A stretch of DNA of 61,769 nt, counting the filler, from Choristocarpus tenellus KU-1152 (lineage: Eukaryota; Protista; Phaeophyceae), in assembly GCA_964200185.2 (NCBI GenBank). It is 13 parts of 13 records of this genome, joined end to end, with 100 filler letters (N's around TTAATTAATTAA, not from the genome) between each part and the next. Parts side by side here need not be neighbours in the genome. Positions count along the whole stretch, not along the records: positions 9,423 to 14,431 come from CAXNAD020012180.1; positions 14,532 to 18,029 come from CAXNAD020019627.1; positions 18,130 to 21,182 come from CAXNAD020022657.1; positions 21,283 to 24,726 come from CAXNAD020019983.1; positions 24,827 to 30,241 come from CAXNAD020010852.1; 8 more parts are not named here. The stretch is one strand, 5' to 3'. The translations under genes and the position numbers were made by a program. This document shows positions 14,410-26,882 of the stretch, in pieces (positions within the stretch are counted from its first letter, which is position 1; each line of letters begins with the position of its first letter). The notes below the pieces were generated by a model. It did no database searches and had not been told where the DNA came from. It saw only the letters and a program-made list of their open reading frames with translations.

Positions 14410-14431
14410 GGATCAAAGTATCTTGGGGGGG
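14410..14431. mobile_element. MITE family C terminus inserted in Gypsy copy 1, at contig end
   Basis: GGATCAAAGTATCTTGGGGGGG. The paralogous Gypsy copy continues uninterrupted at ~19200. Confidence 0.7.
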
Positions 14432-14915
14432 NNNNNNNNNNNNNNNNNNNNNNNNNNNNNNNNNNNNNNNNNNNNTTAATTAATTAANNNNNNNNNNNNN
14501 NNNNNNNNNNNNNNNNNNNNNNNNNNNNNNNCCGTCTTGCCCGGTGATTCTCTTCGCCACCCTTGCCTGAGTGAACCATGCCGCCACAGAATCACACGAT
14601 TCACATAAGACGTAACCGAAAGCATTCGGGTTCATGTTCATATCTTGGATATTTATAGATGATCAATTCTGGGTTTTGATGTCCACATGTTTGAGATATT
14701 ATTCTATATCTTGGAATTTTCTAGAGATGCTGTAAATGTTCTTTTTGGTGATTCCTTCTAGAAGTAACAGGTGCTAAACCAAGCCCCACCATCAATAATA
14801 ATATAACTCTTCTCCTTTCAACAATCTCAGAATATTCAGCAAAGGGGAATCATGTGAGCCTCCCATTTCTTTCCTCTTCTTCTATACTGGCACAAACAGG
14901 AGTCTAAATCTGCAC

Positions 14916-16224
14916 TTGCTCATCTTTCCACGAATGGGCGGCCAATGCTGGGGTCTCCCTTGCCTCTTTCCCTTGCCTCTTTGTGGGATAAGTGCAAGCA
15001 AGAGAAGGCCAAGAAGGCCAAAGTGGTGGATTAAGCCAGTACTCTCAGACCAGCAGAAATCCAGCATGGTAGGTTTCACCATCATCCACACGCAAGGTGG
15101 GGGAGAAGTGGGGGTATTAGTGGACGATCTATGTGACTGGGTGTACGTGGACGAGATACGCCCTCAAAGATGGCCAAGGTGTCTACCCTCACCCCACTCA
15201 AGACCCCTCCAAACCCCCACGGGCACGGAATAAGTGTTACATTAGGAAGGTGATGTTCCTTGCAGCTGTGGTCCACCCTAGGAAGCTCTCCAATGGGTTG
15301 TGAGCCAAAGTATCTTAGAGGGCAGAGTCGTGCCCATTTGGGGATCAAAATCCAATATTGTGATTTCGATGTAATTTTGGCTATCGTGTTTGTTAGGAAG
15401 TGTCAATATCCTTGTTCCGGACACACCTTTTCATAACGTATATTTTCTACCTACTCTGAAATCATTTCGGAGTGGGAAAATGTCATAAAAACCCTGAAGG
15501 AAAGCAAGCCCCAATGGACAAACAGGGCAAAATCGTACCCTCTAAGATACTTTCACTCTTGTGGTTCAATGGGAAATCGGTATCTGGGCAATCGTGGACA
15601 CTAATGTTGCTCGGTTCTCAAACAAACACCACCCCAAGGGCACCAAGGTACCTACTTGTGCCAGTCTCGGTGGACAGGGAGAGGTGTGAGAAGATTATGA
15701 TTGAGGATATCATCCAGGCAATCAAGACCCAGATGCCTAGGGCAGGGGGGCACACCATCTTCGGGTACCAAGAAAAGGCAAAGCCACACACCAAGAAGGG
15801 AATCATGGAGACAATCGAGGAGGCAGTGGGGGATGACATTGTCATAGAAACCCACTAAGCAAACTCACCTGACCTCAACATCAATGACCTGGGATTGTTT
15901 CCTTCCATCCAGCAACTGAAGGAAAACGTGGGAGTGACCAACACGGAGGAACTGGTGGAGGCCACAATGGAGGCGTTCAATGTGTGCCGTCGGGAAATAC
16001 TAGAGCGTGTCTGGTATAGCCTCTTCATAGTCTACAGTAAAGTGCTGGGATCCAAGGGTGACAAAGTCTTCAAAATTCCCCATCTCAGCAAGGAAAAGGC
16101 TGACAATGCGGGCAAGCTCCCCCCGAATGCCTTTGGGTGCAGCAGAATACTGTGCTGGAATGGAGCTTTGGTGGGCTTCGGGGGTGAAATCATAGATAGG
16201 TGTAGGCTGCCCTATTTTGGTTGA
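14916..16224 (+). pseudogene. Decayed plant-type (DD39D-like) Tc1/mariner transposase, interrupted by MITE A
   Basis: Motifs WVYVDE, KVMFLAAV, NGL|WFNGKIGIW, QEKAKPH and NSPDLNINDLGLFPSIQ, with stops and frameshifts. Confidence 0.85.
15302..15558 (-). mobile_element. MITE family A (Sola2-like), TSD TTGT
   Basis: Termini GAGCCAAAGTATCTTAGAGGG ... CCCTCTAAGATACTTTCACTC with TTGT on both sides. Confidence 0.95.
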
Positions 16225-17187
16225 GATTTTGGTGAGCAATATCTAGTGTCTGTATGATACACTCATACAATATGAACATGTGAAAAAAACTTGCTTCTTT
16301 TATTGGGGCTGTAAAATTTATGTTACATATAATTCTGAACGAAGGATATTTGGAGAACGAAAAAATCTCACACATGTTTACCGCATTTTTGAAGAGTGTC
16401 CGCGAAAGACTTGACCTTCTAGTCCGCATAAGCCCAGGGGTTTATTTCGTATGAGCCACCAGGAAACGAGTCATCACTATCAAAACCTGAGGTAGCCAAG
16501 GGAGAGGATCGTGGTAGCCCACCAGGCAGTTGATACTTGAGCCAACCTGCCACCTCAACTTCCACATCACGTTCAATAAAGCGAAAAGCCTACCTGTGAA
16601 CCTTGGAACTGATGTTATGAATCTTGGAAAGGGGCAGATTAGGACAAAGCAATCAATGATCAGACTGAATCTGTTGCCACAGATTTAGGGACAGAAGTGC
16701 TCAATCAACCAACACGATAACCGTACATGCACTCCCACCAAGGACCTTTCAACCATCCTCCCTTGACCATACGTATGACATGCTCCTACTTATGTTCCTG
16801 TTGTTATCATAGAATTTTCTGCCTATGTGACTGTGATTGGTACTTATTCACGACCTGGCTATATGACGTGTGAGAATTTAATCCTTGGAACTACCTCGTA
16901 CATTTCCCTCAACTATACTATTACCTGCAATCAAATATCTACAAAACCCCTATCATATGTATGTGGAAAGCAGGTCTTTTGTTCCTTCATACAATCTCGA
17001 CGGCACCGCTCTGGTCATGTTAAGACAAATCGAACCAGGCCCAGTCCGCTGTCCGATCCAGGTTACTCACGTCATAGTTCTGAACTAGTCTCGTAAAAAA
17101 ACACATCACCATTCCGACCGGTTGTCCTATTGCGGTATATTTAAATAACCTACCAGTTCAGTACTTCCAGCAAATGGATGCATTGTA

Positions 17188-17259
17188 TCCCTCGTAGTCC
17201 AACGGTTAGGATATCTGACTTTCACTCAGGAGATCCGGGTTCGATTCCCGGCGAGGGAG
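17188..17259 (+). tRNA. tRNA-Glu(TTC): tRNA-Glu (anticodon TTC)
   Basis: Acceptor stem TCCCTCG/CGAGGGA, D arm GTCC-AACGGTTA-GGAT, anticodon arm TCTGA-CTTTCAC-TCAGG, T arm CCGGG-TTCGATT-CCCGG. 72 nt, with a T-run ~15 nt downstream as probable Pol III terminator. Confidence 0.95.
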
Positions 17260-17450
17260 AGATATATTTAAAATTTTTCATATATTTTTTCGTTAGTTGT
17301 GTGTGGAGTTGTTCCTTGCAAATTTCACGAGTTCGATCTCTTCGACGCCAGAATAATTTACATCCTGGGGTGTTTTCTACTGTGGGTCCTTAGCGATGTT
17401 CCCGAAGTCTAGTTACCATATTCCAATTCCACATGATAATAAGCACAAGG

Positions 17451-17700
17451 GAGTGAAACTATCTTAGAGGGTACAAATTTTGCCCTGTTTATCCATTTGG
17501 GGCTTGGCTTCCCATAGGTATTTTTGTGACATTTTCATTTAGGAGTAAGTAAATTGTGTACGTTATGAAAAGGTGTGTCCGAAATATAGATGTTGACACT
17601 TCCTAATAGACACGATAATAGCCAAAATTACATCAAAATCGCAACATTGTATTTTGACCCCCAAATGGATGCGGCCCTACCCTCTAAGATACTTTGGCTC
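17451..17700 (+). mobile_element. MITE family A, TSD AAGG
   Basis: GAGTGAAACTATCTTAGAGGG ... CCCTCTAAGATACTTTGGCTC with AAGG on both sides; small internal deletion. Confidence 0.95.
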
Positions 17701-18129
17701 AAGGGTTTGTACCTACACCTGTACTATCCTGTCTGTGGCTATTCCACAAAAACGCCGGACCAAGATCGAGGTGGAAAATCTTGGCAGGTCCAGGATAAGA
17801 TTTGAGGTAGGCGACAGAGCAACGATTGGTGGGAGTGCTGAAACAACACGTAAAAAGCAAGGCAGGAATGCGGAGGAAGTGCAATTAGTCACACATTGTA
17901 ACAGTTAGACAGTAACTGGTGTTAGAAGTAAAACTAGTGCAGTTGTTACAGGCGAGTAGCGCGAGTATTCTTCCCGCACTTTGACTGGCGCGAGCAGTAC
18001 ACGCGCGTGGGGAACCCCAAAAGGGGGAANNNNNNNNNNNNNNNNNNNNNNNNNNNNNNNNNNNNNNNNNNNNTTAATTAATTAANNNNNNNNNNNNNNN
18101 NNNNNNNNNNNNNNNNNNNNNNNNNNNNN

Positions 18130-21100
18130 TGTTCTTTGTCCTTCATTAAAGCACCATAAAAGCCGCGGGTCCAGTGTGGGATAGTTCAACACATTGCATG
18201 TGGCAAACCCGAAAGGATGCTGTATTCCACCTATGCAGGTACTAGGATCTTGCATACGAGTGAAAGTATCTTAGAGGGTACGAGTTTTGCCCTTTTTGTC
18301 CATTTGGGGCTTCGCTTCCCATGTTTTTTTTATGGCTTTTTCCTACTCCGAAATGTTTCAGAGTAGGTAAGATGTATACGTTATGAAAAGATGTGTTCGG
18401 AACAAGGGTATTGACATTTCCTAGCAAACACAATAACCGAAAATACATCGAAATTGCAGCATTGGATTTTGGCCCCCAAATGGACGCGGCTCTACCCTCT
18501 AAGATACTTTGTCTCATACTGCCAATATTGTTTCCCTCAGAGGATAGAGTCCCTAATGTGAGATTTAGAGAAGTGGAAGGCTTACCTTACGGGATGGTTC
18601 TGGGAGCCGGCAGAACAAGAGCATACTGTCATTTCGAGAAGGGGGGAAGGCTTTCGGCCAGCTCCAAATTCACCATGGATACCTTTTGTTGGAGCTGTAA
18701 CACCCCGACCTCGTGATAACAATGCACCGCTGTCAGCCCTAGGAGAATGGCAAGCATCAATGACTCCCACAACCCGACCATCCAAGCACCACAGACTGCC
18801 TCCCAATAAGCCCAGATCTGCTGAATGTAGAGAACCCCCCCCTAACACAGTCCCTAGACTCCCAAGATGCACTAGTACTCTAACTTGTGAGCATACACGA
18901 CCAGAAAAGGAACCTGCAACCTTTTTTCATGTAGGCCCAGAAGCAGGCACCCAGGATATGGATCCAGAGGCAGGTATTGCCACGATAGATCTTGCCCAAG
19001 ACAAGGATCCCCTGACCCAATCATTGGAGAGTAGAGGTGTAGTGCCCCTTTCGGTAGAGGTAGCGTGGGAAGATGATGGGACTCTGCAATGGGAATTGCG
19101 TCCGTCAGAAGAAGAACACGTAGAAGGGTTTGTCAGCAAAGTCTGCAAAGGATTTGTCAAGGGGGCACAACCACAGTTCAGACAGTTGGTGATGATTGAA
19201 CCCTTAGCAGAGTATAACCTGGAATTAGGGAATGCTGTTGGAGTGGCCAGAGGTGTACAATGGCGGAACCTAGGAACCCCTATTTATTGCAAGCTGGTAA
19301 ATACGTGCAGCAAGCCCAGTAGTGTCTAGGCAGGGCTGCCGGTTGCAAAGGCGATTGCTCTGAATACTAAGGACACAGAATGGGTGGTTGCACTCTTTCA
19401 GTCACTAGCCCATTTCCCCAAAGACCCTCAAAAAGCACAGGTTCTGCTTGCCAAGACTGGTTTTCAGACAAGGCATTCCCCAGAAGCAGACGAGACTGGT
19501 GACTGCCCGATAGAAGAAGAAGAAGACACCCCTTCAGGTGAAGCTAAGGAAGTCCGACATCAATCGGTGAGCCTCAGCGATGCCAATATGGGACAGCTGA
19601 CACCAGGGCAGAAGAAACAGTTGGTGGAATTGTTGGATGAATTTAGAAATTTAGGGGTATTCCCTGAAGACCCCAAACGAGTTCCCCCATGCTCTAGAGG
19701 AGTATTGCATATACCACTATTAGACGAGAACTGCACACCCTATGCAGCGAAACAAAGGCGCTTTTCCCCTGAAGAAACGCAGATGATTCAAGCTGAGGTT
19801 AAGCAGTTACAGGAACGTGGTATTATCAGACCCTCTAACTCAGCATGGGCAGCAGCAGTAGTAGCAGTACGTAAGAAAGATGGGACCCTGAGGTTGTGCA
19901 CAGACTATAGGATGCTTAATGACCTCTCGCGAAGTGATAGTGGAGGTCTCGGAAACATCACCAGCATCTTTGATAAGCTTAAGGGTTCTAGCTATTTTAC
20001 TGCCATAGATTTAGCATCAGGATTCTTTCAACTAGAAATTGCAGAGGTAGACAAACATAAGACAGCCTTTCGTGACGCTCATGGACAACTTTGGGAATAC
20101 AACAGGTGTGGCTTTGGGTTGAAAATCCTACCTGCAGTATTCTCTAGTTACATGAGAGAGGCATTAGGAGATCTCAAAGGAAACGGTGTGGAAACTGGCT
20201 AGACGATCTTTTTTGCTATAGCTCATCATTTGATGAACACATGACCAAACTTCGCCTCCTTCTTACCAGACTCAAGCAATACGCCTGTCTGTGAACTTTC
20301 CCAAATCCTCGTGGTGCATGCCCTCACAAGAATTTGTAGGAATGAATGTAGGTAGAGACGGCTTGAGTCCTGCTCCATCAAAAATGGTAGCGGTAGCAAA
20401 ACTTGATCCCCCATCTACAGTTGAGCAGTTAAGAAATTTCCTAGGCATGACAGGATACATGCGACAGTTTGTTCCGAACTATGGCCAAGTAGCTGCACCT
20501 CTGACTAACATCCTCCGGAACAAAGGGTATGCTTCCAAAAGAGACAGGAAGAAGAGTATTCCTTGGGGACCAGAGGAGCAGAAAGCCTTTGAAGAACTTA
20601 AGGTGCGTCTGGTCTCTCCACCAATCCTAGTCTTTCCTGACTGGGATAAGAAGTTCCTTCTCCATACAGATGCTAGTAAGGAAGAGGCTGGAGAAACACT
20701 GACCCAGGTACAGGATGATGACCAAGAGCATGTTATAGCTTATGCTAGCCATAGACGGTCTAAATCAGGCAGTAGGAGAGCACCCACTGAAAGGGAATGC
20801 ATGGCTATCTTGTGGGCTGTAGAACACTTCCGCTCCTACATTTGGGGTAGGAAATCCTCCTTAGTCACTGGCTGTTCCACACTGACTTGGCTCTTCAAGA
20901 GTCGTGAACTTAGCCCCAAGCTCCACAGGTGGGCCCTCCGTCTTATGAACCACGATATGGAACTTAACTGGCGAGCCGGTTCGAAGCACAAACTACCAGA
21001 TGGACTGTCACGACTCTCCTCACCCTCAGATCAAGGTTTGGATATCGACGACTCTTTTCCTGACGATAATCAGTAGCCTGTGTAGCAAGAACTACGCTGG

Positions 21101-21182
21101 ACCACGAGGACCTGTCTTAGATGGTGTGTGTTTGCAAGATTTAGGTACATCAGACCTGAGCCCAGGGCACCCCACACTGTCC
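18130..21182 (+). mobile_element. Ty3/Gypsy pol (protease-RT-RNase H), frameshifted (copy 2)
   Basis: RT motifs IIRPSNSAWAAAVVAVRKKDGTLRLCTDYR, AIDLASGFFQL, KTAF, GFGLKILPAVF and WLDDL (in shifted frame). RNase H motifs LHTDAS, IAYAS, TERECMAILWAVEHF and DGLSR. Confidence 0.95.
18258..18515 (+). mobile_element. MITE family A, TSD ATAC, inside Gypsy copy 2
   Basis: Filled site tgc-ATAC[MITE]ATAC-tgccaat; empty site tgcATACtgccaat in Gypsy copy 1 at 13715-13718. Confidence 0.97.
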
Positions 21183-21699
21183 NNNNNNNNNNNNNNNNNN
21201 NNNNNNNNNNNNNNNNNNNNNNNNNNTTAATTAATTAANNNNNNNNNNNNNNNNNNNNNNNNNNNNNNNNNNNNNNNNNNNNGGGTGGGGGTGTGGTTTG
21301 TGGGGGGGGGGGGGGGGTGAAAAGAAAGGGGTTGGGGGGGGGGGGGGGGGGGGGGAGGGAAAGGAAGAAGGGACATGCAAAATGGCCAATTTGCATCGTC
21401 TTTAAACTCTGATACCAACACAGTACTTCACACCCTTTTCCAACACAGATAACTCTTGCATCACAGACACCTAAACAATCTACACACACAGTTGATCAAC
21501 ACAGCTCAACCACAACAATACAAGCCAAGACAAAGCAGTATCCACAACTAACAAAACACAAAAAAGGGGTACCTCTTGCTTCCGTGCCTTCTCGCCTAGC
21601 ACTATCATCAATAGGTACAAACATAAGGTACAGCTGTACCTGTATCTGGCACATTTCACACTTCTCCAGGCCAGACCATGAAGGAAAAAAAAACAACTC

Positions 21700-24189
21700 A
21701 CCACACCCCGGCAGTTCTGAGAGCACAACACCGCCAGGTTGTCAATATCTGGCATGGGTGACTCCTTGTGGTCCTCCTCAGGAAAGCGCCAAAGCTCTGT
21801 CACCTTGGCCTGGGAAAGAAAACGATACGCATCTGTCGTTGAGTCTTGCCAGTATACCATGCCCTGCCTACATAATAGAAAACTTGTGTATGCCAATCGC
21901 ATCCTCATCCCGAGTCTTGCCAGTATACCATGCCCTGCCTACATAATAGAAAACTTGTGTATGCCAATCGCATCCTCATCCCCCCCCCTCCCTCTCTCTC
22001 TCTCTCTCTCCTCTCCCAGATCTCTTCACTCCCACTTGGGGGGCAAGGGACAACAATCAGCCAACCATCGTTACCCCATGATCCACAGAGACTACGCAGT
22101 GGCTCTCTTCCAAAATGGAGGACACAGAGTTCAATAAAATTCTTGGAACAACTTTTACACCTATGGACAGGGTGAAACTGAAACGTTTAACGCCTTTACA
22201 TTGGTGAAGGTAGCGAAACGTAAAGCCACTCTTATCAAGTATAGTCAATCAAAATCGACGGATATATTTATTTGTAGCGCTGAGTCCCCTGTGTCCAGGG
22301 GGCCGACACCTCAAATCTAGAGCAATTCACGCTCACTGTCAAGACATCGAACAACCACCTGAACTCAGAGCGGAAAGGGAGTAAGAGGAAGAGGAGCCGC
22401 AGTAGATCATTTTCTGATCATTTTCTGAAGGCAATGTGAAGTCAAACAATAAACACAAAAGCTTTGCATTCCATGTTAAACATCACAATACCGCACCTCA
22501 AGGTGCAGGAGACCTTGAGGTGCAAGCAGCGCTTCGACTGAATCTCCAGCCAGCTCAAGATTCGCCTTTTCAACAAGTGCATCAACGTTACTAACATGTC
22601 AAACCTGAACTCATCTTTAATCAAGTCAATCAGCTACGACTGAAGGCCATACCACCCCCCCCCCCCCCCCCCCCCCCCCCCCCACCCTTCCGCTAATACT
22701 TCGGCCGAAGAATAAAACCCCTCTTTTTTTTTCAACTTTTTATANNNNNNNNNNCCTCAACTCACCTTTAACCACCCTCCCCCCTACCACCTTAAAGCCC
22801 CACCCCCCCCCCCCCCCCCCTCCCCCCTCCATATTTCTGAGTGAAATCAACCGCAATATATAATTATCTCTCTTTATATATACATATATATATATATATA
22901 TGTTGTGCACTAGGGGTGCAAAATAACTTGATTCCTCTCTCACCCTCCTAGCACCTGAAGGCATAGACCCATTCCCGCCTTCCATCTCCACCTCTGGTAT
23001 CAGACAGGCAGTCAGCACAGCCACATAGTCGACAGTATGCAAGTTAGTGGGATCTCGGAATCTATCCACTAGAATGCCAGGCCCAACTCCCCCAGTGGCA
23101 GATTTGGATACCCCTCCACTAGTTCCACCCAGATACTGCTGAAAAAGCCGGTGCAGCTGTTGAGCGAACATTGGAGTTGAGATTGGCAGGGGCAGGGGCA
23201 GGAACAGTGACAGTGGTCAGGAGGGGGAGGGGGGAGTATTAATAAGGTGTAGACTGAGGGTCCGAAAAGGATATTTATTGATCATTGAGGCAATAATATA
23301 ATAAACTTACTCCAAGTATATAATAATAGTGGGATGGGATTAGAGTTGGGGTTGGGAATGGACTGTAAAAAATATAAAAATATTGTGATGTACAACAACA
23401 ATATTCCTTCAAGTGAAAAAACTACTTTAGTGAGTAGATGCATTCGTAAAAGCAAAGTGTCTACCAGACTAGTATCATGCCCCAGGGGAGCCGTCTGTCT
23501 TCATCCAGCTAATAAATTATCTCCACCTCTCTGTTCATTTGCTGAAGAAGACAGCATATGCAAGTGTACCCACACAAATATAACATAAAAATATTATGTA
23601 ACATAGAAAATTGTAAACAATAAAAAATAATAAAAAATAAACACAAAAGAATATTCAACTCGTTTTAAGATAAATAAGATAAACATCTACCGGGAATAAA
23701 GATGAGAATATATATATACAGCTACACACAATTATAAATATATATATACTGCACAAACCTCATCCATGTAAAAACTGAATAACCACACAGATCGCTCCCA
23801 TCATTGATCCATAAACATGAACAAGATGCCTTGCTGCTAAAAATATTAAGAATTAACTTCAATGCAGCAAATTAGTTTTTTAATAAAAGCTTGTAGTGCA
23901 GATGACGGAATCAAACAACAGCCAATTGTTTCACCTGCCCAGCGCTTCTCGTGTTGCCTCTACTAAAATAAAATACTCTGAGGATCTACACAACGTCCTT
24001 TGTCCTGAAAAAAAATATATATATATATATATCACCACCCTCTCGCTCCTCGATCAACACGCAGAACTACACCTTAGCCCCGCATCACAATACATCAATC
24101 GAGGACTAATTTAAACGACAGAACGCCAACGGATAAGTATTCCAAAAAAAAGGCTTCTGGTCTAAATCTCCCGCCACCTTAACTCCTGC

Positions 24190-24223
<34 letters not shown>

Positions 24224-24655
24224 AAAAGAAACAGCTTCTTTCGTGTGCGTTATGTGTGTGTTATGTATGTGTGTGTTATGTGTGTTATATATGTATGTGT
24301 TACGTATGTGTGTGTTATGTATGTGTGTTATGTATGTATGTGTGTGCCGTGTGTGTGTGTGAGTGCATCCTGCGCATGCTGTTAACTCTCAAACTTAAAA
24401 AACACATAAAACACACATAAAACAGGAGTCCACAAAACTAATAAGCGTGGCACCTACTAATCACCAGTCCAAACATGTACATGATATCAACCTTGAAACC
24501 AGGGTTCAGTAAACGTAGGTACTCTCTGGCACATTACGGAGAGTCATACCAAGCGGTCCTTGGTCATCTGCACAGGAGTCTCCCCACTGTCATTCAACAG
24601 CTCCAGGTCGGCTCCGAGGCGGGCCAGCTCTCGCACAACAGCCGTCCTATTGGCC
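21700..24655 (-). CDS. Unidentified multi-exon protein with a probable ankyrin repeat, partial
   Basis: Exon ~24654-24550 reads ANRTAVVRELARLGADLELLNDSGETPVQM (ankyrin-like). Further coding-looking segments at ~23170-22940, ~22630-22500, ~22140-22070 and ~21863-21710. The exon chain was not fully resolved. Confidence 0.5.
21841..21982. repeat. Exact 71-bp tandem duplication spanning a minus-strand intron/exon junction
   Basis: gagtcttgcc...catcctcatccc occurs at 21841-21911 and 21912-21982. Confidence 0.92.
24190..24362. repeat. (CAA)n microsatellite followed by degenerate (TATGTGTG)n tract
   Basis: Directly visible. Confidence 0.85.
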
Positions 24656-25151
24656 TAAAAAATAATTAAAAAAAAAAAAAGGAGGCACAAATTGGAACGG
24701 TACGCACACACACACACAAACAAAAANNNNNNNNNNNNNNNNNNNNNNNNNNNNNNNNNNNNNNNNNNNNTTAATTAATTAANNNNNNNNNNNNNNNNNN
24801 NNNNNNNNNNNNNNNNNNNNNNNNNNGATTCCTCTTCCTTCGTAGTCTATGTATCATATACAATGCATTCGATTCAGGTTTCAACAACAGGTACTAATAG
24901 GAACAATATTATGCCACTTTATACCACCGAAGGGCAACCCCACATTGATGGATGATATTCTCCTCAAGATTCAGGAACTATTGTTCAATGTGGAAACCAA
25001 ACCCTCCCTCCTATCTTGTAGACTCTTGAGTTGGGGAAGGAGGGGAGGGTAATGGACATACAGGCATGCATATATTCAGGTAACAAATCGTCCCTTTGTC
25101 CCTACAACATTGCATAAGAGTCCTACAACAGCACTACATCTGGATACCTAG

Positions 25152-25177
25152 CCCTAACCCTAACCCTAACCCTAACC
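25152..25177. repeat. Interstitial telomere-type repeat (CCCTAA)4
   Basis: ccctaaccctaaccctaaccctaacc. Confidence 0.85.
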
Positions 25178-26523
25178 AATGCTCACACACAACACAAATC
25201 GTTTGAAGAACAAGGTATGGATATATCACACGATCTCTCTTGAAGGATAGTGGGATAAGCAGTGAGTGGGGGGGGGGCATTATTGTACATTTTTCCACCC
25301 CCATCTGTCCAATCCAATAACCCCTTGATGCACACTCAAAAAGGCATATGAGAGATGGTAAGTGTAGCAGATGTCACCACAGGCACATACCACCCCCCAC
25401 AACTCAAAACACCACACGAAACAACGCCATATCACGTCAGGCAGCAACTCCCCAATAAAAAAACACTATACAGAAGCCAATGGGCCAGGGGGGTGAGAAG
25501 TAGCAATGCTTTTCCAATGCTGCAGCTGGATAAAGCAGCCTCCAAAACGGTATTGTACAGCTTGTACGATATTCTGTGAAATCATACAAGAAAATGACTA
25601 GAATATTGTAGGTGACATCATGATTGTGCAATACAAAAAATAAGAAAAATAGAGATACACAAATACATGTGTTGTTTTTCTCACCCAGCGGAGTGTGTTG
25701 TGACACACGACCCAAAAAACAAAAAACAACCCAAGAAAAGTACAGCCAATGAACAATTTACAAAAGCCTTTGATGGAGATGCTCAACATGAGTTGAGTGG
25801 ACCTCAAGATATACATACATGTTACACAGATATGGGATTTGCTCATCCACCTATACCATCCTGTTCATTATATGATTATAGAATGGTGAAAATACAGCAG
25901 GCGAATTAATTGACAAACATATAGGATGAGCAGCAATAGTTCCCAGATTGGCGTGGAGGATCTTGAGTGATGGGAAGCAATTTTTTTTTTTTTTGTCAGT
26001 GGGAGGCAGGGTGGGAAAGGAAGGGAACTATGTAACCATAGAGCTTCTACATGTGCATCATTATTTACCAGTGGTAAACAGGGCCTTCCACTGACGTTGT
26101 GCTCCTCAGCACGTTTCTTCTGCTGAAGAAACAAAGGGTCATCACAGCAGCAGAAGGAAGAGAAGAGCGGGCAGTTAGGGGTGTTGTTGGCCATGAACAT
26201 ACATTGGTAGCATAGAGCAGGACCAACAAGTTTGTGAGGTGACTTGTCCAACCCCTTCATACAAAACAATGATGAGGGAAAGAGTCTGAAAATTTGGAGG
26301 GGTATAGTTCTCATCACATACAATTAAGACTAGTTTCTCCAGGTCTTTTCTAATGGTAGTTGGCTAACGTAGCCATCGCAAATACTTTCTGTGCCTTTGT
26401 TTCCACAACACTTCCACCGTCTTGAAACAAAACTAAATTGTGAACAGGGTCAGTGGCTTCACATTTTTTTATTTGACAACTATGCTGTTGCCTGCTGCCT
26501 AGCACATGCCTATGCAGCAGTGA

Positions 26524-26761
26524 CTTAGAGGGTAGAACCGCGTCCATTTGGGGTCAAAATCCAATGTTGCAATTTGATGTAATTTTGGCTATTGTGTTTG
26601 TTAGGGAGTGTCAATATCCTTGTTCCGGACACACCTTTTCATAACGTACACATTTTACCTTCTCCGAAATATTTCGGAGTAGGAAAATGTCATAAAAAAA
26701 CCCCGAGGGAAGCCAAGCCCCAAACAGGGCAAAACTAGAACCCTCTAAGATACTTTCACTC
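26524..26761 (-). mobile_element. MITE family A, one terminus truncated
   Basis: Body matches family A. Intact end ...GATACTTTCACTC at 26761; the other end lacks ~12 bp, so no TSD can be read. Confidence 0.9.
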
Positions 26762-26882
26762 TTCAAATATAATATTGAACGTCGAAGATACGGTGATGCA
26801 AGAATCACAATGCATTCTTACCACAACACAGCAAGAGTTCTCGCAACAAGGGCATTAGGAACATCGAAACATTGGACGCAAC

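Noticed and set aside
17890-17935. Possible LTR end/PBS (tgtaaca...tggtgttagaagt)
   Set aside because: Spacing is irregular and the contig ends before any retroelement ORF.
24827-26520. Possible minus-strand exons
   Set aside because: No consistent frame or motif could be assembled.
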